A stretch of 64,000 nucleotides of DNA from Lama guanicoe. Lineage: Eukaryota. How positions within the stretch are numbered: the first letter of the stretch is position 1; each line of letters begins with the position of its first letter. Under the pieces are notes generated by a model that had not been told where the DNA came from, made no database searches, and saw only the letters and a list, made by a program, of their open reading frames with translations. Location of the stretch: positions 3,417,032 to 3,481,031 of the forward strand of contig MU054400.1 of the NCBI GenBank assembly GCA_013239625.1, in the 5' to 3' direction. Below are positions 57,060 through 64,000 of this stretch, piece by piece. The position numbers were made by a program, and so were the translations under genes.

Positions 57060-57275
57060 TACATTGCATTAACAGAGGCATTGTGCTCATTACAGGAATC
57101 ATCTCACTAAATCCTCACCACGGTCTTATGATGTAGGCACAAATATTACCATTTTACAGACAGGAAACTGGGGCATGGTAAGTTAGGCAACTTACTTCAT
57201 AGCACGCAGCCAGTAAGTGACAGAGCTAACGTGCAAACCCGGTTCTGCCTGTGTCCGGAGCCCACTCACTACCTA
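57060..57275 (-). mobile_element. MIR SINE
   Basis: ccattttacagacaggaaactgggg...agtaagtgacagagct. Confidence 0.75.
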
Positions 57276-57539
57276 CACCAATCCTGGAGTTGGTTCACTA
57301 GCTTGTCACATTTCCCTATCTTGTCACATTTCATCAGATGCACAATCTTTATATAAGTAAATATGTTAAGTCATCCCACCAAGTCATATTTAATAAATAA
57401 GTACATGTGCAAGTAAACGCCCATTTTCAGGAAGGGTACAAGCTAAAATATTTTACCTTTATTAAGGAAGGGTGAAAAGACTGGATATGTTCGAACCCTT
57501 ATTTGTTTGTAAAATTTAACCAAATAGTTGATGTGGACA

Positions 57540-58700
57540 GATTCTTCCTTATAAAAGGATCACAGCTAATGAAAGTAGAAAGAATGAGAAAATTAGGAAA
57601 GTCACTATTTTGTAACCCCTTAAGAAATAATGGATCTAGGCAATGTCAAGAAATACTGCTAAGTCACTAGGTGAAAAGGGATGGACCAGTTCAACTCAAT
57701 GATCTTAAGTGGTGCAAAACAGAGGCCCAGCACCACCTAGGAAATATTTTGACCATTTAAATAAAAAGAACCCAAATCGAATCAAGATTGTAGTGCCATC
57801 AGTCTACAGAAAATCTGATGGATAAACCTGTAAGTTAAGTGACCCCAGGATAGTCATCTGAATCCTTGTTGGGACATTCTATTAGACATCACCCAGTTCC
57901 TTCAACAAATAAACAAAACAGAACCAAAAAAAAAGGAAGACTGTAACTGACTGCAAAAGATTATAAGACATATCAATCAATAAGAATGTAGAGCCGTTAT
58001 TATTTGGATCCTGATTTGAGCAAGCCAACTTTTAAAAAAAAAAATTTCTTAGACAACCAGAAAATATCAGACGATCTTAAGGAATTACCAATATTGTTGG
58101 GCAATGGAACGATATGGCAGTAACACTAAAAGAAAAAAGTTCTGTGTCTGACAGTGATCATACTAAAGAATTTACAGAACAAATGTAATGGTTGATATTT
58201 GCTTTAAAATACTCTGGAGGGGCGAGGGTAGAGAAGGGAAAGATAAAATATAAAATGGTAGAATGTTGATTACTGTTGAAATGGGTACATCAAGGTTCAT
58301 TATTCTATTTTTGTGTAGGTATGGAAATTTCCTAAATATAATGAGGAATAATGTGTGCACTGAGTCAAACCAACCAATCATAAAAGGGCATTTTGAGACA
58401 ACTGGAGAAAACTAAACATACTGGATTTTAAATTGTGTTAGGAATTAATCATTTTGTTGAGTATGATTACAGTGTCATGGTATTTCAGGGGATGAGAAAA
58501 TATCTGGTATTTGTTTACAGAGATTCACATATATGAATAACATCTATGATTTGCTTAAAAATAAGTAAAAGTCTGGAGGGGAATATATGGACAAAAATGG
58601 CAGAATGTTGATAAATGTTGAATATAATAAGTAATTCAAGATAGTTTAATACAAACATTAAATTTGTTTGAAAAATTTCATAATAAAAATTTTCTTAAAG
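57540..58700 (+). mobile_element. Old L1ME-type 3' UTR remnants
   Basis: tttggatcctgatttg, gatatttgctttaaaatactc, gttgattactgttgaaatgggtacat motifs. Confidence 0.6.
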
Positions 58701-59337
58701 GATGACCATTAGTATGGCTTAATAAAAATACTAAATCTAACAAAATAACTGGAAACTACTTTCATTTCTCTGAGGCTGAAAGACTTACAAATGAATATAC
58801 ATATATTTGTGGGCAAGTATATATATCGTATATACACATATATACACACACACATATATAACATATTTTGAGATACATATACACACCTCAAAATAAGAAA
58901 AAAGAAAAAGAATGGCATTATTTTGACAAAAAAAGAAATGTATAAGTTTAAAGTATGTCTAGATAACTATGAGAATGAAAGAAGTAGTCATTAAAAGATT
59001 GTAAAACAGGGTAGGGAATATAGTAGGCACTCAATAAATGTTTCTGATTGAATGATACTCTATAAATTGTCTTTTTTTCCTATTATCGTACCTAGGAATG
59101 CTCAAAGCCTAAATTTCCATAACACTATGTCCAATGAATTTAAAGTTTTCTAATTTTGATATATGTTTGAAGATTAAACTTTATTAAAGAAAGTCTTACC
59201 ATAATAAAATCACTGTTTAAGATCTAAGAAAGGACCCTAGATCAATTTAACTCAACCAGCTCATTGTACAGATCAAGATGAAAAGGCCCAAAATAACAAA
59301 GGATATACCTCTACTTACACGTAAAACATTTACTCAC

Positions 59338-59431
59338 TTCATAAGCCCCGAATTCTTCTTACTAAATGGCCCGATGATTTTAAACATCAGTTCCACAACT
59401 CCATTTTTCCCTAGAGATACAGAATTCACAG
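59338..59431 (-). CDS. AGTPBP1: AGTPBP1 exon, 94 nt ([30 protein letters not shown])
   Basis: CAG acceptor, GTGAGT donor, phase 1-2. Confidence 0.97.
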
Positions 59432-61022
59432 CTGGGAGAGAAGGGGGGAAAAAAGTGATTTAAAAACCTTAGTAAGTAGAAATGTGTATGCTTGTAATAC
59501 ACCAAAAACATATACAAATTGTTTAGCAAATGTGAGCTTGAGTCCCTCATAAAGTCCACCTTAGTCAATATCCGAGCGGAAGTTTTTGTTTGTTTTTTGC
59601 TTTATCTTTCTGTGGGAAATTGCAGGGACATTGCAGTTACGTGTTGTTAAACATAAAGGATCAGACAAAGGTATGCCAGTGGGAAGATGAGGTGGGAAGA
59701 AGGCAAACAAATTATGAAGGGTCCTAGAAGGTGGTAATCCCTTCAGCTACAGGGAATTGCCCAGAAAGAACAACAAATCAGATCTGCATTTTAAATACCA
59801 GTCAGATCTAACAGCACTCTAGGAAAGAAGGATTTGAGAGACACATTAGGAGGCTGTGGTCTAGGCGAGAGGTAATGAGAACCTTAACTAACCATTTACT
59901 AGCCTTCTGGTGGCCAATTCAATAAAATGCCTCCAAAAATGTAGCACTTAAGAGTTTTGTCTGATGATTTTAGTTTCCTCTCTATCTGTTTATTACTCCA
60001 TGATCTCTTCTAATTTTACTCTGTTTAGTCTTCCTTTTCCTTAACTGGGGTATTCAGTGACTTCCCTGTTTTTTTTTTTCATCCAATTGTTTTATTTTTA
60101 AAATCAACTTTTTAAAAGTTTATATATGTTTTTTTCTACTTCATTCCTCTGCTTTCCTTGTATTTATTCCTCTGTTCCTAATTTCTTTGTTTAAACAGCC
60201 AATTCATTCATTTCCTTATGCTCTTTTAAACTACATAAGTGGTAACCATTTACGTGTTCAAAGCTGTTTTCCTCTGAACACACCTTCAGCCATACTGTCA
60301 AAGTACAGATACCGATAAACAGATAAATACATACACGTGCATACACATACCTACCACTTTGATTTTGCAATGATGTTCTGCAATAACATGCACTCTACAA
60401 TTCCAATTTCAGGTGTTTTGTTAACCAGTCAAATTCAATAGTCAGGGAACAGAAAGAAAATTCATACCCCAGAGGTTCAGGACCTAATACTATATTAGTG
60501 AGAGAGAAAGAGGGTGTGTGTGTGCCTGCGTGTGCTGGGAGACACTTCAACTGAGGCCATCTCTGTGTAATCGCCCCTCTCTCCAGCTTCCTCAGAGGCT
60601 CCTGTACTATTTATTTTCGGTTCTGCTACACCCCTCCCCTCCCCTTGTTGATGCTGAAGATAATTATCTCCGGTGACTAGGCTGCCGCAAGCCTTCCTTC
60701 TCAATTTTCCACTCTCTGTGAAAATCCAAACAGGCAAAGCAGTTTCTCCAGCAGCCAAAGCCCTCATATTCCCTCGTATCTTTTACACAGGCTGCGAACT
60801 CATGCCCCCACTACAGGCCTTTACTAACTGGGGGAACTCATGAGAATTCTCGGGACTTTGTCAACTCACCTTCTTAACCCACACATCATTTTTGTGGTGG
60901 TGGCGTTAGGGTTACAAAGAGCCATAGTAGATATTCTCTTTCCTTGTCCACAAATTGTAGAGACTTATGGAGTAAAGGTACTTTTTAATTTTCCTTCTGT
61001 GTAACTTCACAACATCAAGTTA

Positions 61023-61184
<162 letters not shown>

Positions 61185-62388
61185 TTAGAAAAAAAATGAA
61201 CAAACACAACTTCTTCATATGTTACTTCTGAATAAAATGAAAACGACATAAAGCAATGAAATTCTTAAAACTTACAAATTCATATTATCGACTATAAAGT
61301 TGATCTGAAATATCTAAAGCAGTAATAATTTTCTTTTATGACTTTAATACTACTTAAACTTTTAAAACATTGCTTGAAAGAAGTACTAAGGGGCAGGTAG
61401 GGCATAGGGCAAGGGGACAGAGGCTGGAGCAGCCCAAAACTAGACTATTATGAAAGGATTACCTGACCCACCCTACACACATAAGTCTGTCCACTTCAGT
61501 ACATTCAAAGGAACACCATCACATGGTCAAGGAGAATTGTAAAGAATCTAAATTTCCATTACCAACATTCCTTACCTAATATTGACTGTATTCTTTTCAG
61601 ATTTATAAAGAATATAAATTAATGACAAAATGAACAGCTTACACAGAAAGTAATCTAGAAAATATTAAATAAATTTTCCAAGGGATCTAATTCCTAACAT
61701 AGAAAAGGAAGAGAAGAAAAGAAATTCCTGATTTTTATTCTTACAGAAAGATTAAATTAGTAAAAAAAAAACAATCTGTATAACAAGAATTTAAGAATGT
61801 TAAGATTTTAAGCAAAGTAAGCAGGACCAGCAGGCAGAGTTATTTCATCAACAAGAGAAACTTTTAAGTCAAAAAGATCTAATATTCCTGAGGGGAAACT
61901 ACTCTCAGCTCACAAGGAAAAAAAAAAGATAGAAATTATTCAAGAAATTATTGCATAATGTCTTTAAATAACATAAAAATGGAAAAGTAGGACAAATAAT
62001 AAAGGAAATAGCACAGATTCAGAAGTATAGAGGGAAATAAAATTAAATGAGCTACAACTTAAAAGGGATGCTAAAGAAATAAAAATATAAATTAAATACA
62101 TCAATGTCATAATTTAATTTCATGGAAGGCAAAAGAAAGATAATCTGGTTCTAAACAGAGGAGGAAGCATGATATAACAATAAATAAGATTTTCTAATTT
62201 TATTTTTCATTTTTAGCAAAAATCTCAGAAGAGAGCCCTTAAATCTCAAATATAAAAGTTGAAGAAAAATAAGAAAGAGCTAATATATTTTTAAAATAAA
62301 CGGAATACATGTTTAAGTCTAAAAGTCCCTAAGTTACCCGGAAAATTAAAGTCATCTCAGGGATGCTTTCTTTAAGACAATGCTTGTT

Positions 62389-62570
62389 TTTTTTTAATAT
62401 TTTATTTATTTATTTATTAATCACTTTTTTTTATTTGATTATTTTACTTCAGGGGGAGGTAATTAAGTTTATGTATTTTTGGAGGGGATACTGGGGATTG
62501 AACCCAGGACCTCCTGCACGCTAATGCATGCTAAGCATGTGCTCTATCTACCAACTTGAGCCTCTCCCCC
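62389..62570 (-). mobile_element. tRNA-derived SINE, Vic-1-like (camelid)
   Basis: B box GGTTCAATCCCCAG; TSD AAGA(C/T)AATGCTT(G/A)TT at 62374-62388 and 62571-62585. Confidence 0.85.
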
Positions 62571-63389
62571 AAGATAATGCTTATTAGGAGCATTATTTAA
62601 ATATTCATATAATAAAGATATGCCTTCAACAGACAAAATTATATAAACTATATACACATACGTAGACACTTTGTAGAAAAAGTATTTAGGCCAAACACCT
62701 TCGAGTTTGAAACTCATATGCATGCCACATGGCAATGGCAGACCTCTTAAAAAAACATACTTCAGAGTTTAGGGAATCATTTCAATCTTTGTGCAGACAG
62801 ACAGCTATAAACTGAACCAGATTCTAATCAAAGGATGTCTTTCTCTGTCAACCCAACCTAAATCACCTTCCTCCTTATTTTATAGCCTATGTTTTCTCAA
62901 TTTGTATTGTTTAATATTCTGCATGTCTTACTGTTATAATAATTGGTCTTAAAATTTTTTAGATCTCTTTTGGTCTTCTTAACTAGACTGTAAGCTTTTT
63001 AGGCACTGAGACCATGTAGCACAAACATGACTATTAATGAAAAGCAAACACATTTTATCTCCACGTTCCTCAAAGCATTCCCATCCATACTTCCTCCTTC
63101 AGCCTCAAGAACATCCATGTTATTTGTATCCTTTATACACATATACATGCCAGGGACGCACACACACCAAGACACACTTCTGATTTTGACATCTTTTTTT
63201 CTTCCTTTTTTCGCAATAGAATTACTCATTTTTTGCAGGTCACTAGTTGACTATTAAAAGCATTTCATGACGAAGGCCAAGAAAAAGAAGTGGCATTTTA
63301 GATTTAAAAATTTACCAGTTTCAAGGTACACAGAATCAATGTCACAAAAATCGATCCACATTTGACAACCACACAAGCGAAACACTTAC

Positions 63390-63536
63390 CTTTTGGTCCA
63401 ATCTTTGCAAGAATAGAATGAATCTGCACCATTAACTCCTCATTGAGAGGAGACTCTTTGCTGGCGTTCATAAGTAACTGTAATAATATTTGTGAACCAC
63501 CTTTGGAGACTAAGAAACTCGCTCTTCGACCTCCAC
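63390..63536 (-). CDS. AGTPBP1: AGTPBP1 exon, 147 nt ([48 protein letters not shown])
   Basis: CTAG acceptor, GTAAGT donor, phase 1-1, peptide matches recalled CCP1. Confidence 0.97.
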
Positions 63537-63943
63537 CTAGAATGTTTTTTGAAAGAAATCTGTTGAAACTGCAAATCCTTCCATAACATATTCAGTATCA
63601 CAGCTTTTTAGCTTTCAAGAAATATTAAAAGTGATGACTTCAAAAATCAAACAAATACCACCAAAATAAAATGTTTTTATCTTATTTATGTTAGTTAGAA
63701 AATAGCACAGACAGTAAATAAAAGTGATGCAAAACTACGTTCAAGGTTCTGAAACATGTGAGTTTGAGGGATACTGGAAGATACCAAAAACAAAGCAACA
63801 ACAAACAGTATGACATTTCAGTTTCCAAGTTCCAACGCTCAGAATAGCCTCTATATGAGTATTAGAAAATTCCAAAGCACACATGATGCATTGCAGATCA
63901 TTGTTTACAAACAGAAATTAGACCAAAGAAAACAAAAACTTAC

Positions 63944-64000
63944 CAGCTGACACCAGCTCAACAAGAATGCTTAGGATATTAAGTGTAGTTTGAAGATCTT
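63944..64000 (-). CDS. AGTPBP1: AGTPBP1 coding exon, truncated by window edge (..DLQTTLNILSILVELVSA)
   Basis: Translation matches the recalled AGTPBP1 N-terminal region; donor G|GTAAGT at 63943. Confidence 0.95.

Overview
Mammalian, AT-rich, intron-dominated DNA. The window lies inside AGTPBP1 (CCP1/NNA1, cytosolic carboxypeptidase 1, tubulin deglutamylase) on the minus strand. I traced 15 consecutive coding exons (63944->553) by eye, all with GT-AG boundaries and consistent phases, running from the N-terminal armadillo-like region through the acidic linker to the FESGNL/WFYF/YPYTYS N-domain. The start codon and catalytic zinc motifs lie outside the window. Introns hold L1 and MIR elements, hAT-Charlie and Tigger DNA transposons, LTR remnants and microsatellites. 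Two tRNA-derived SINEs resembling Vic-1 suggest a camelid genome (inference). I found no prokaryote-type novel system. The best leads are an unidentified ~400-bp insertion with a 113-codon ORF inside an L1 3' UTR, an in-frame internal splice acceptor, a candidate poison exon, an ancient local duplication, and several unusual retrotransposon structures. Repeat family names are from memory of consensus sequences and repeat boundaries are approximate.
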